From assembly GCF_017348835.2 (NCBI RefSeq), contig NZ_CP071375.1: a stretch of DNA of 64,000 nucleotides, one strand, 5' to 3'. Source of the DNA: Escherichia coli (lineage in GTDB: Bacteria > Pseudomonadota > Gammaproteobacteria > Enterobacterales > Enterobacteriaceae). The notes below the pieces were generated by a model that ran no database searches, was not told the origin of the DNA, and saw only the letters and a program-made list of their open reading frames with translations. Below are positions 41,488 through 50,664 of the stretch, in pieces; within the stretch, counting starts at the first letter, position 1; every line of letters begins with the position of its first letter. Made by a program: the position numbers and the translations under genes.

Positions 41488-41988
41488 TTAATGGGGCTTG
41501 AGACGATAACGACTACTGCGTTTACGTAACGTCCCGGCAGAAAAGAGCTGTTCGAGCGCATTTCTGGCTTTTTCCAGCGGCCAGCCAAAGTGGGCAGCCA
41601 CTTCTCCTGCCGTCATTCCCTGACGTACTGATGTTAACAGCGCCAACAACTCGTCAGCAGATTCCGCGACGATAACTGGCGCGTCGGGTTCCTGTACGGG
41701 TTGCTTCGGCTGGCGGTTAAAGCCAGTAACCAGCCACTGGGTGTCATCGTCTGGCCGACCGATCTCCTTACGGCTGATGACACGCCCGGTACGCATCGCG
41801 GCAGCACAACCTGCGTCCAGCGCAGCACGACACGCCGCCAGATCGCCTTCCACCACCAGCGTTAAGCGACCAGGGTCAAGCACTTCGTGACTGAGCAGAC
41901 GAACGTTAGCTGCTTTGAGCATGGCATCCGCTGCATCTATCGCAGCGACCATGCCGTCCACTTCCAGCAATCCCAGTGCATTGATCAT
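41488..41988 (-). CDS. eutK: BMC shell protein with C-terminal nucleic-acid-binding-like domain
   Basis: N-terminal BMC domain (MINALGLLEVDGMVAAIDAADAMLKAANV). Confidence 0.85.
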   Translation of the reverse strand: MINALGLLEVDGMVAAIDAADAMLKAANVRLLSHEVLDPGRLTLVVEGDLAACRAALDAGCAAAMRTGRVISRKEIGRPDDDTQWLVTGFNRQPKQPVQEPDAPVIVAESADELLALLTSVRQGMTAGEVAAHFGWPLEKARNALEQLFSAGTLRKRSSRYRLKPH

Positions 41989-42000
41989 CGGCAACCTCCA

Positions 42001-42660
42001 TTACGCACGCTGGATTGGATTACGCGCGATTTCCAGCACTGCATCGGTAAAGGCGTTACAGGCCGCTTTACACGCTGCCTGGCTACCGGTTAAAAATGCT
42101 GCCGAGTAGTTAGTTTCAGACGGTGGCGGGACATAGGTCACCAGCTGTACGTCGGCAGATTTCAACGCTGCATCAATGCCGTAGGTCGCTTCCAGCGGCG
42201 GTGCCACCAGATACGCCATCGGATCGCCAAGCGTGATCCCGGCGGTTGATGAGAGATAAGAACCGGTACGCGAAACTACATGTGCCAGGAATGCCGTATC
42301 TTGCGCATCATTAGCCCACTGGAAAGCAGCGCCATTTTCAATATGCGCAACCATCGCATCCAGACCTGCACGCACTTCCGCCGGGTTTGGCCCACCAAGC
42401 ATAATCAGCACTTCACCGGCAGTCGGTGACGGGCCGTGTGCAGCGCCCGCATACAGCGAGCGGCCATACACCACTTCGACCATCGCCTGTTTGGTTGCTT
42501 CATCAGCGGCAATGTAGGTGACGTCATCGGAATCAGCAGAAATCAGCCCGAGGCTACGAATATGCGGCGGCAATTTCAGTTCACGCGCAAATTCGGCGTT
42601 AACGGAGGCAATCACCCGCATGGCGGTTACCGACGGTCGAATCAAATCTAAAGCTGGCAT
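42001..42660 (-). CDS. eutL: BMC shell protein (tandem BMC domains)
   Basis: 219-aa ORF; operon context. Confidence 0.9.
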   Translation of the reverse strand: MPALDLIRPSVTAMRVIASVNAEFARELKLPPHIRSLGLISADSDDVTYIAADEATKQAMVEVVYGRSLYAGAAHGPSPTAGEVLIMLGGPNPAEVRAGLDAMVAHIENGAAFQWANDAQDTAFLAHVVSRTGSYLSSTAGITLGDPMAYLVAPPLEATYGIDAALKSADVQLVTYVPPPSETNYSAAFLTGSQAACKAACNAFTDAVLEIARNPIQRA

Positions 42661-42669
42661 GATGCCTCC

Positions 42670-43557
42670 TTATCGGGTCATGTTGATGCCGGATGCTTTC
42701 TGCTCCAGCATACGTTTCGCCAAATCCACAATGACGGCTGCGGCTTCAACCGGCGGCGTGCCGCCCTGGTGAATGTTAGAGATACAGGTGCGATCGGCCT
42801 CAACGGTGGTCGCCATACGCGGCGAGTAAACGGCGTAGCAGGAGAGGCTTTCTGACTGACCCAACCCCGGACGTTCGCCCACCAGCAGGATCACTACTTT
42901 CGCGCCGAGGATCTCACCGATCTGATCTTCAATCTTCACGCGACCATAACGAACAAAGAATGGTGTACCGACTTTCAGCCCGGCCTGTTTCAGGCCCGCC
43001 ATCAGCGGTGGCAGGATCTCTTCGTAGTTCACGGTGATCGCATCAGTTGACAGGCCATCAGAAATAACGACCTGTACGTCCGGATTAGCAACACACTGTG
43101 CTTTCAGCGCTTCAACAGCTTCTGCACACAGGCGGCGGCCCATATCCGGGCGAGTCAGGTAGAGATTTTTGTCGCTAATTTCGGAGCGTACTTCCAGCAA
43201 GCCCTGCGCTTTCACCCACTCTTCCGGCACTTCTTTCAGTACGGTATCTTTCGAACGAGAGTGATCGGCCAGGAAACGCAGCAGCGCCTGGGTACGCGGA
43301 CGCGGACCGGCACGACCGGTACAAACGCGGGCCACGGTGCTGCGGCGCAGTTCTGTTAATACGTCTGCGCGATGCGGGTTTTCAACACCAATCCACGCTT
43401 TTGCTTCAGCGGAACCTAAATCCAGCGCACAGCTTTCCGAGGTCACCGGTGCCGCACAGGTGGTAGTGGCGCACTTTGCTTCTGACGGCGCGGGGGCCGT
43501 TTGTCCCATTGACGCCATCACGCTGCGTACAATTTCTTCAATCTGTTTTTGATCCAT
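42670..43557 (-). CDS. eutC: ethanolamine ammonia-lyase small subunit
   Basis: 295-aa ORF; directly downstream of eutB. Confidence 0.9.
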   Translation of the reverse strand: MDQKQIEEIVRSVMASMGQTAPAPSEAKCATTTCAAPVTSESCALDLGSAEAKAWIGVENPHRADVLTELRRSTVARVCTGRAGPRPRTQALLRFLADHSRSKDTVLKEVPEEWVKAQGLLEVRSEISDKNLYLTRPDMGRRLCAEAVEALKAQCVANPDVQVVISDGLSTDAITVNYEEILPPLMAGLKQAGLKVGTPFFVRYGRVKIEDQIGEILGAKVVILLVGERPGLGQSESLSCYAVYSPRMATTVEADRTCISNIHQGGTPPVEAAAVIVDLAKRMLEQKASGINMTR

Positions 43558-43577
43558 GATGTGTTATCTCCGCGTCA

Positions 43578-44939
43578 TCAGAAGAACAGTGACGGATCGC
43601 CCGCCCGTTTGGTCAGGCGACCGTTTGCCATAATGCCCATGCTTTCCAGCCAGCGTTCAAACTCCGGTGACGGGCGCAGGTTGAGTAACTGACGCACAGT
43701 GGCGGTATCGTGGAATGCGGTGGTCTGGTAATTGAGCATGATGTCATCACCCAGCGGCATCCCCATGATGTAGTTGCAGCCTGCGGTGGCGAGCAGGATC
43801 ATCAGGTTTTCGTTGAGGTTCTGGTCAGCGTCAGCGTGGTTGGTGTAACAGCAGTCACAGCCCATAGAGATGCCGCTCAGCTTGCCCATAAAGTGATCTT
43901 CTAAGCCCGCACGAATAATCTGGCGGTCATTGTAGAGATACTCCGGCCCAATAAAGCCGACCACGGTGTTGACGATAAACGGATCGTAATGACGCGCCAG
44001 CCCGTAGTTACGCGCTTCCATGGTCACCTGGTCTGCGCCGTAGTTGGCACCCGCCGACAGCGCCGAACCTTGCCCGGTTTCGAAGTAGAGGCAGTTTTCC
44101 CCGGCGATACGGTTGAACTCTGCACCCACTGCGCGCGCTTCGTCGAGCATCGCCAGTTCCACGCCAAACTCTTTCAGCCCTTTTTCACTGCCACAGATAC
44201 TCTGGAAAATCAGCCCGCCTGGTGCGCCACGACGAATCGCTTCGATCTGGGTGGTGACGTGCGCCAGTACGCAGCCCTGAGTTGGGATGTTGAATTTGTC
44301 GATCACGCCATAGATGGTGTCCAGCACGCGGCTTAAGTTTTCCACGTCGTCAGTTACCGGGTTGACGCCGATCACCGCATCGCCCACCCCGAAGGAAAGC
44401 CCTTCGTAGATTTGCGCGGCGATACTTTGCACGTCGTCACGGGTGTCATTTGGCTGCAAACGGGCGCTAAAGGTGCCCGGAATACCGATGGTGGTATTGG
44501 CCTTTTTGATTACCGGCATTTTCTTCGCGCCGTAGATCAGGTCCGCGTTGGAGCAAATCTTCGCTACCGCCGCGACCACTTCCGAGGTCAGCCCTTTGCG
44601 GGTAAAGGCAATGTCGTCCACGCTGGTTTCATCGCTCAGCACATACTCACGCAGTTCGCTGATGCTCCAGTTTTTAATCTGGTTGTAGGCCGTTTCGTTA
44701 ACATCGTCCTGAATCAGCCGCGTCACGCAGTCATCTTCATAGGCAATCACCGGATTATTGCGGATGTCCGCTACGGTCATTTCCGACAACACCTGCTTTG
44801 CTGCCACGCGCTCCTGTGAGCTTGCCGCTGCAACGCCCGCCAGCACATCCCCCGAACGCAGTTCGTTGGCTTTAGCCAGCACCTCTTTTACATCCTTAAA
44901 CTGATATACATTGCCGAACAATGTGGTCTTTAGTTTCAT
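43578..44939 (-). CDS. eutB: ethanolamine ammonia-lyase large subunit
   Basis: ORF trimmed to MKLKTTLFGNVYQFKDVKEV... start (ATG complement 44937-44939), 453 aa. Confidence 0.93.
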   Translation of the reverse strand: MKLKTTLFGNVYQFKDVKEVLAKANELRSGDVLAGVAAASSQERVAAKQVLSEMTVADIRNNPVIAYEDDCVTRLIQDDVNETAYNQIKNWSISELREYVLSDETSVDDIAFTRKGLTSEVVAAVAKICSNADLIYGAKKMPVIKKANTTIGIPGTFSARLQPNDTRDDVQSIAAQIYEGLSFGVGDAVIGVNPVTDDVENLSRVLDTIYGVIDKFNIPTQGCVLAHVTTQIEAIRRGAPGGLIFQSICGSEKGLKEFGVELAMLDEARAVGAEFNRIAGENCLYFETGQGSALSAGANYGADQVTMEARNYGLARHYDPFIVNTVVGFIGPEYLYNDRQIIRAGLEDHFMGKLSGISMGCDCCYTNHADADQNLNENLMILLATAGCNYIMGMPLGDDIMLNYQTTAFHDTATVRQLLNLRPSPEFERWLESMGIMANGRLTKRAGDPSLFF

Positions 44940-45127
44940 AAGTCGTTCCCTCAGGAAGAAGTGATGAGTGACATTTTTCACAGCCTTCAAACAATTCTAT
45001 TTCATCGTTAACCCTTGTCCTGTAAGGTAATTACCTTAGTACGCCCGCTATTCATCCTGCCGAACGCAACCGAACGCGCCGGATACATGAGCGGGGTTAT
45101 CGAGTCGTTAGATCGAGGTATCCGGTT

Positions 45128-46333
45128 TTGAGCAAGACACCACTGACAGCAAAGGCCATAGAGGCCGCACAACCGCAGGACAAGCCCTATAAACTCACCG
45201 ATTCACAGACACCTGGCCTGTTTTTGCTGGTCCATCCCAACGGCAGCAAATACTGGCGATTCCGGTATTGGATAGACAAGAAGGAGCGGTTACAGGCTAT
45301 TGGGGTGTATCCGCTGATTAGCCTCAAGGAAGCCCGCAAACGCGCCACAGAGAGCCGTTTACTGATAGCCCAGGGAATTGACCCAATGGATTTGGCACGC
45401 AAGGAGAAAGCCATTGATGCTCTTAATGCTATCGCCAGTTTTAAAGCTGTAGCAGAAGACTGGATGGCTACCAAGGTGAGCGGATGGAGTGAGAGCTATA
45501 CAAAGCAGGTCAGATCGGCACTAGAGAAAGATGTTTACCCCGTGCTAGGTAAGCGGTCGATAGTGGATATAACGGCCCGTGACGTGCTGGCGTTACTACA
45601 GAAAAAGGAGCGCACCGCACCGGAACAAGCCAGGAAATTACGCCAGCGTATCGGGGAGATCTTCAAATTTGCCGTTATCACTGAACTGGTTAACCGGAAT
45701 CCGGTTGCAGATCTGGATACGGCACTGAAAGCCAGACGCCCAGGCCATAACGCGTGGATACCGATTAATGAAATTCCGGCCTTCTACAAAGCCCTTGAGA
45801 GAGCTGGGAGCGTTCAGATTCAGACGGCAATACTTTTGCTCATCCTCACAGCTTTGAGGACGGCAGAATTGCGCCTGATGCGCTGGGAATGGGTAGATCT
45901 GCAATCGGCAACAATCACATTGCCCGCTGAAGTCATGAAGGCCCGCCGACCGCATGTTGTCCCGCTATCCCGGCAGGCGGTCGAGCTATTACAGGACCAG
46001 TTTACCCGCAGCGGATACAGTGCTTTCGTCTTTCCTGGCCGATTCATGGACAAGCCACTTTCAGCCAGTGCCATCCTTAAAGCCCTGGAGCGTATCGGAT
46101 ACAAGTCGATAGCCACAGGCCACGGCTGGCGGACCACCTTTTCAACGGCGCTTAATGAGTCCGGCAGGTACTCACCAGACTGGATCGAAATCCAACTGGC
46201 CCACGTTCCGAAAGGCGTGCGCGGTGTTTATAACCAGGCGGCCTACCTGAAGCAACGACGGGCCATGATGCAGGATTATAGCGACTGTATTGATTCAATA
46301 CTGGCTGGTGACGGTAATCCACTTGAACCGTGA
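45128..46333 (+). CDS. intZ: P4-type tyrosine integrase
   Basis: 401-aa ORF (TTG start in the ORF track); N-terminal arm-binding-type domain (DKPYKLTDSQTPGLFLLVHPNGSKYWRFRYW), catalytic region with HGWR and terminal ...GVYNQAAYLKQRRAMMQ tyrosine motif. The symbol is assigned by position only. Confidence 0.85.
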   Translation: MSKTPLTAKAIEAAQPQDKPYKLTDSQTPGLFLLVHPNGSKYWRFRYWIDKKERLQAIGVYPLISLKEARKRATESRLLIAQGIDPMDLARKEKAIDALNAIASFKAVAEDWMATKVSGWSESYTKQVRSALEKDVYPVLGKRSIVDITARDVLALLQKKERTAPEQARKLRQRIGEIFKFAVITELVNRNPVADLDTALKARRPGHNAWIPINEIPAFYKALERAGSVQIQTAILLLILTALRTAELRLMRWEWVDLQSATITLPAEVMKARRPHVVPLSRQAVELLQDQFTRSGYSAFVFPGRFMDKPLSASAILKALERIGYKSIATGHGWRTTFSTALNESGRYSPDWIEIQLAHVPKGVRGVYNQAAYLKQRRAMMQDYSDCIDSILAGDGNPLEP

Positions 46334-46884
46334 ACTATAAGGCCGGGTTTATACTCAATATCGACGGTTGAAGCGCTCAAAAAACAACCGTGACAACCGT
46401 CACAAATATGCAATGTCAATGATCTGAATCAATAAATTGCCAATTCTTCGTTTCCACTTTCGAATGAAAGCAAGATGCAGAAAAATAAATCACCATGAAA
46501 TCATGTACTTATTAATTTTGACCAAATGGTCCAAAATATCCTCGGTGAATCCATGCTTGCCACAGCCAGATGATTAATATTTAACCCATGACTTTCGAAT
46601 GAAAGTAAATTGATAAAAAAGTCAGTGTACACTAACTAAATCGAATATTTTTTGCGCTATGTTTGAATGATAATTGAGCAAAACTTTCGCAAGGTGTGAC
46701 GATGTGAGTAATTAATTTTAACTCTACAATAAACCCATCCCGACAGGGATGGTACCTGGAGCGGAGCGAGAGGGACCATCCCCCTGTTTTTAGTCTTTTG
46801 AAGTTAGTTTTTTAAGGGATTAAATAATTTTGCCTCAAATGAGACCACACCATACAAGGCCAAAAACAATCAGTATTGCGTGGA

Positions 46885-47400
46885 TCAGGCTGGTTTTTTA
46901 ACTATATACCCCGTATGCCAAGGATTCTGATCGCGCGGCATCGGGTCCGCCTTGATAGACTCATAAAACTTATCAGCCATCTCAGCCACAAACTGTACAG
47001 AGGATTCGAACTCAGCGTTTTTGTGTGCGGGAGGAAACCAGAAGTCTAACACGCCAGCATTTCTATTTTTACATACAGCGTATATAAGATAAGCATCAGA
47101 TGTAGGGGTAACTTTTTCGAAACCACCGGGACCATAACGACCAGTAGACCAGTCATCCCAGCATTGTTCTGTCCCGCTATAGCCGTACTGATTGGTATAA
47201 AGACCAATATTTACATGGACTTTACGTAAGTGGATAGGATATACACACGGGGGTTTATGGAAAAGAGTATCCTTTCCAAAATCAGGATGATGTCCATATC
47301 TCCAATGATAAATAAACGAATCCTTAAAGCTCTTTAATTCATCGTTTGTTTTAAACTTATTATCACTGTAGACCTTACCAATAAATTCATTCTGGACCAT
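46885..47400 (-). CDS. YafO-like toxin-family protein (putative toxin of a two-gene module)
   Basis: 171-aa ORF from ATG (complement 47398-47400); motifs DFGKDTLF, PIHLRKVHVNIG, SDAYLIYAVCK, FWFPPAHKNAE and VAEMADKF line up with YafO motifs as I recall them (FGRDALY, HIHL, EAHLVYCQG, KPEPHKLA, MAEAF). Confidence 0.5.
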   Translation of the reverse strand: MVQNEFIGKVYSDNKFKTNDELKSFKDSFIYHWRYGHHPDFGKDTLFHKPPCVYPIHLRKVHVNIGLYTNQYGYSGTEQCWDDWSTGRYGPGGFEKVTPTSDAYLIYAVCKNRNAGVLDFWFPPAHKNAEFESSVQFVAEMADKFYESIKADPMPRDQNPWHTGYIVKKPA

Positions 47401-47734
47401 CAAAGCTTACACTCTTTAAGCGTTCTTCTCGTGAATCGAATAAATCTTTTGATAAATCACACGCTTGTGTGAACGTCATTTTTTTTACTCGTGGTACAGC
47501 CATAGGCGAGGCCGCATTCATCACTTTGTTTTCTTCGTGATCGAGAGTAGCAGTGTAGCGAAACATGACACTTTTACCGCGCACCAACTGGTATCCTAGT
47601 CGATACGCTAACGCGTCAAGATGCGTCAGACGATTTGTTTTACGCAAGCCAGTCATAGCTTTTGGCTTACGAGTGCGCACAGAAAGGGATTTCCCTTCTC
47701 GCTTAGTCGCAAACAAAGTAACTATTTTTGACAT
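47387..47734 (-). CDS. small basic protein, putative partner/antitoxin of the downstream toxin-like gene
   Basis: 115-aa ORF from ATG (complement 47732-47734) with GGAGAT RBS; stop lies 10 bp before the downstream gene start; Lys/Arg-rich N-terminus. Confidence 0.45.
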   Translation of the reverse strand: MSKIVTLFATKREGKSLSVRTRKPKAMTGLRKTNRLTHLDALAYRLGYQLVRGKSVMFRYTATLDHEENKVMNAASPMAVPRVKKMTFTQACDLSKDLFDSREERLKSVSFDGPE

Positions 47735-48706
47735 GGTATCTCCTGACATCAATCTGCTAAGGCCATTGTGCCTTGTTTGAATAGTAAACTATTCGCCCAA
47801 TCTACACCAGTGATTTTCTTGACGCCAATAGTAAAGGCAGCATTGCCCACCACAGGCAGACAATGAGACTTCAGATAGCGCACCTTCTATCGCGCACGCG
47901 CTCAATAAAACCAACGACACCGCCATCCTGCCTGACCGATGTTTTTAACCAGCGTATACAGAGAAACAGACAACAGCATGAAATCAGCGTATATCCAGGT
48001 GCAGACGGCACTATCACACAACGCACAGCAGGCTGAGGTGAACACTCAAGCAACTTTATCCCCGCCACCGACCACCGCAAACTATCATGACCGTGCCAAA
48101 TTCAAAAGGAATGGCCCATATAACGCGATGAACACACATAAGCGCTACACTTGCTTACCTGAAAACTTCACAGCGTCACAGCGCGTTTTAGACACGTTAA
48201 AATTAATGAGATTTCATTAAATTTTCACCAGACACCGGAACAAGCCTATAAATCAAAAATGAATTACCGACATGCGCCGCTGGCGTTCACAGGAAGAATC
48301 AATAACTTAGGCCAATGGCGAAAGTTAAACAAAATCAAGAACTTGCAGAAATGCAGGATGAAGCAGCCGATGTGCCCCGTTGGATTTTACCAGAAGAATC
48401 AACAAGTTAGACTCGGTGATTTCACCGACTCCTGCCGGACTACTGACCAGATCGAACCATTCCCCAAATTTGGGGAGAGCAAACCACACGCAGATCCTGC
48501 CAGGCTATTTCATCCCACCGCATCACGTATTTGCACACTTCCCCGCTGACGTGCTCATTTTGATAACGAGTTACCCGCTAGCCCTTGCCACATCACCATT
48601 TGTCGCGCTTTGACTAAATTAGCGACGTGCCTGTTATAGCGATACGCTAGTTATGCAGAAAGCGCGACATATCCAGCAACCATGCACCCTACAGAGGAAT
48701 TGAATC

Positions 48707-49159
48707 ATGCGAGACATAGACTGGTCAGCTATCCCTTTCGATGATTTACCGCCCTGGCATCTGGACTGGGACGTAGACCAACGCGAAAACGCGACATATC
48801 CAGCAACCACCAGCATTACAGCGATGCGCCCCGTAAAGCCTAAGAAATACCAGGCAACCGACCTGATAGCTCACCTCAAAGCTATTGGCGGCGTATTTAC
48901 CGGAAGCAAAGACACGCTTGCACATGAAGTATGGCCCCGGAAGACGCCAGCGGGTCGAACCGTTTTACGCTTACTGACCGAACTGTCAGACAACGGCGAC
49001 GCTGTAGTGATTAACCGTGGTCGTTGTGGCGTGGAAGTTATTCTGACGCCGAAGAACAGGGCACAGACGCCTGAATTAAGCGCACCCAAGCAAATGCATA
49101 GCCAAAAATTAAGTCCAGCAGAACGCGTTATATCGCTTTTAAATGGCATCGGATTTTAA
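48707..49159 (+). CDS. hypothetical island protein
   Basis: 150-aa ORF with GAGGA RBS 8 nt upstream of ATG; no recognisable family. Confidence 0.5.
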   Translation: MRDIDWSAIPFDDLPPWHLDWDVDQRENATYPATTSITAMRPVKPKKYQATDLIAHLKAIGGVFTGSKDTLAHEVWPRKTPAGRTVLRLLTELSDNGDAVVINRGRCGVEVILTPKNRAQTPELSAPKQMHSQKLSPAERVISLLNGIGF

Positions 49160-49185
49160 TTAATTTTGATGTGGTAATTGCAGGC

Positions 49186-49212
49186 AAAAAAATCCCGCCG
49201 GAGAAAGCGGGG
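49186..49212 (-). terminator. rho-independent terminator oriented for minus-strand transcripts
   Basis: Minus strand reads CCCCGCtttctccgGCGGGattttttt (on plus strand the A-run precedes the hairpin). Confidence 0.55.
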
Positions 49213-49446
49213 AAGTGAAATCAATCGTTGTAGTTATAGATCACATTTTGGAGTTGAGGATGGCTAATCCTCGCTAATATTATCGCGCCGTTATGTGATG
49301 GGCGCAATTATTTCTTACTAATTAAAAGTTTTGTAAATATTACAGAATATCCCTTTTCACTATATGGTAAAAGATGTGAAACAGGGACATGAGGAATATA
49401 ATATTAAGTATCAACAGTAATGTTGGTCTTTAATTTCATTCAGGGC

Positions 49447-49489
49447 GCGGTGAGGGTTTTCTCCATATTTTTCCTCACCGCTACTTTTT
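49447..49489 (+). promoter_or_regulatory. terminator/attenuator-like hairpin in the alpA leader
   Basis: GCGGTGAGG-17 nt loop-CCTCACCGC followed by tacttttt, immediately upstream of the alpA RBS. Confidence 0.45.
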
Positions 49490-49501
49490 CGAGGTGAGAA
49501 C

Positions 49502-49693
49502 ATGAATGATAGCGAATTAATGACGGTGAACGAGGTAGCCGCTTTATTCGGCGTTACCCGTCGGACAATATTCCGGTGGATGAACAAGATTAAAGGCTGG
49601 CCCGTCCCGGTCAGTCCGATTGGCTCAAGAATTAAGTTTATCCGATCTGAGATTTTGGAATTCTATAAAAACAAAGGCGCTCGCCACCAATGA
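49502..49693 (+). CDS. alpA: AlpA-family phage/island transcriptional regulator (excision control)
   Basis: 63-aa ORF MTVNEVAALFGVTRRTIFRWMNKIKGWPVPVSPIGSRIKFIRSEILEF: typical AlpA HTH signature; RBS GAGGTGAG. Confidence 0.8.
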   Translation: MNDSELMTVNEVAALFGVTRRTIFRWMNKIKGWPVPVSPIGSRIKFIRSEILEFYKNKGARHQ

Positions 49694-49832
49694 AAACAGC
49701 TACTGAGATTATCAAATAACCTATTGATTTAAAAAGCTAGCTACCGCAATTTCTGAAGGAATAGGCAGCATGAAAATCAAAGCAAACACAATTAAAGAAA
49801 TAACATCAATCAAAGTAAAAGGAGCAGATGCC

Positions 49833-50096
49833 ATGCATTCATTAGATAGTTATTTTCAGCGCACGACAGCCCCTAAATCAGCCGCCCAGGAACGCCGTGA
49901 GGAATTCCAGGAAAAAGTGATGCGTTCTGCTGATTATATTGCGGACAAGTTCGCGGAAACGGTTCGGCCACTTGTTGATGAAGTAGCTGATAAACTTCAG
50001 TCTGAAATGCCGGAAGACATGGAAGGCACTGCAAAGGCGCGACTCCTTTTTGAATTAAGTCGTCGTTTCGGCGTGTCAATAAGCACTTTTAAATAA
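49833..50096 (+). CDS. hypothetical small acidic protein
   Basis: 87-aa ORF from ATG 49833 with AAAGGAG RBS 8 nt upstream. Confidence 0.5.
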   Translation: MHSLDSYFQRTTAPKSAAQERREEFQEKVMRSADYIADKFAETVRPLVDEVADKLQSEMPEDMEGTAKARLLFELSRRFGVSISTFK

Positions 50097-50113
50097 TCGG
50101 AGGAGGAAAGACA

Positions 50114-50656
50114 ATGGACGCATTTGATGTACTGACAAACAAAGGCGATGAACTGGTAGCACAGCGTGATAAAACCGCCAACGAAGGGGAACGCGCACTG
50201 TTAAATAAGCAGATTAAAGCGATCCGTATGGCCCAGTTTAAATTAATCAGCAATGAAGTTATCGAAAAAATTAAACCGCAGATCCCACAAATCGTTGCTG
50301 ACGCTATTAAAGCCGCCGGACTGGAGAAACGCATTGCCGGGCTGAAAACGAACGCAGAGAAAATGGAGATGCACAAACAGAGCGGTGCTCCGACTCCGGA
50401 TGAGTACTTCTCACCGGATGCTGAGTTTATGGCGCAGGTTGAGGAACGTCTGGGTAGCTGTCTCACCGAGGAACAGTGTCGCTATTTTGATGGAGTGGAT
50501 AGTTCGGCAGGTATTGACCTGAACTCGTATTTCGGTCGTGAAATTGAGCATTTTGATGCCGCCCCGTCTATGCCGGAGCCAGAACCAGAAATGGCCGCCG
50601 ATCCTGAAGCTGAGCAACGGAAACGCGTATTCAATGCGATAGGGATTCGGTACTGA
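50114..50656 (+). CDS. hypothetical protein (phage-associated)
   Basis: 180-aa ORF with strong GGAGGAGG RBS; acidic C-terminus. Confidence 0.55.
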   Translation: MDAFDVLTNKGDELVAQRDKTANEGERALLNKQIKAIRMAQFKLISNEVIEKIKPQIPQIVADAIKAAGLEKRIAGLKTNAEKMEMHKQSGAPTPDEYFSPDAEFMAQVEERLGSCLTEEQCRYFDGVDSSAGIDLNSYFGREIEHFDAAPSMPEPEPEMAADPEAEQRKRVFNAIGIRY

Positions 50657-50664
50657 TCGGATAA

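Noticed and set aside
47939-48549. ORFs 47939..48220 (93 aa) and 48259..48549 (96 aa) inside the island
   Set aside because: No Shine-Dalgarno sequences and no recognisable motifs; left unannotated as genes and treated as a possible regulatory or decayed region (see findings).
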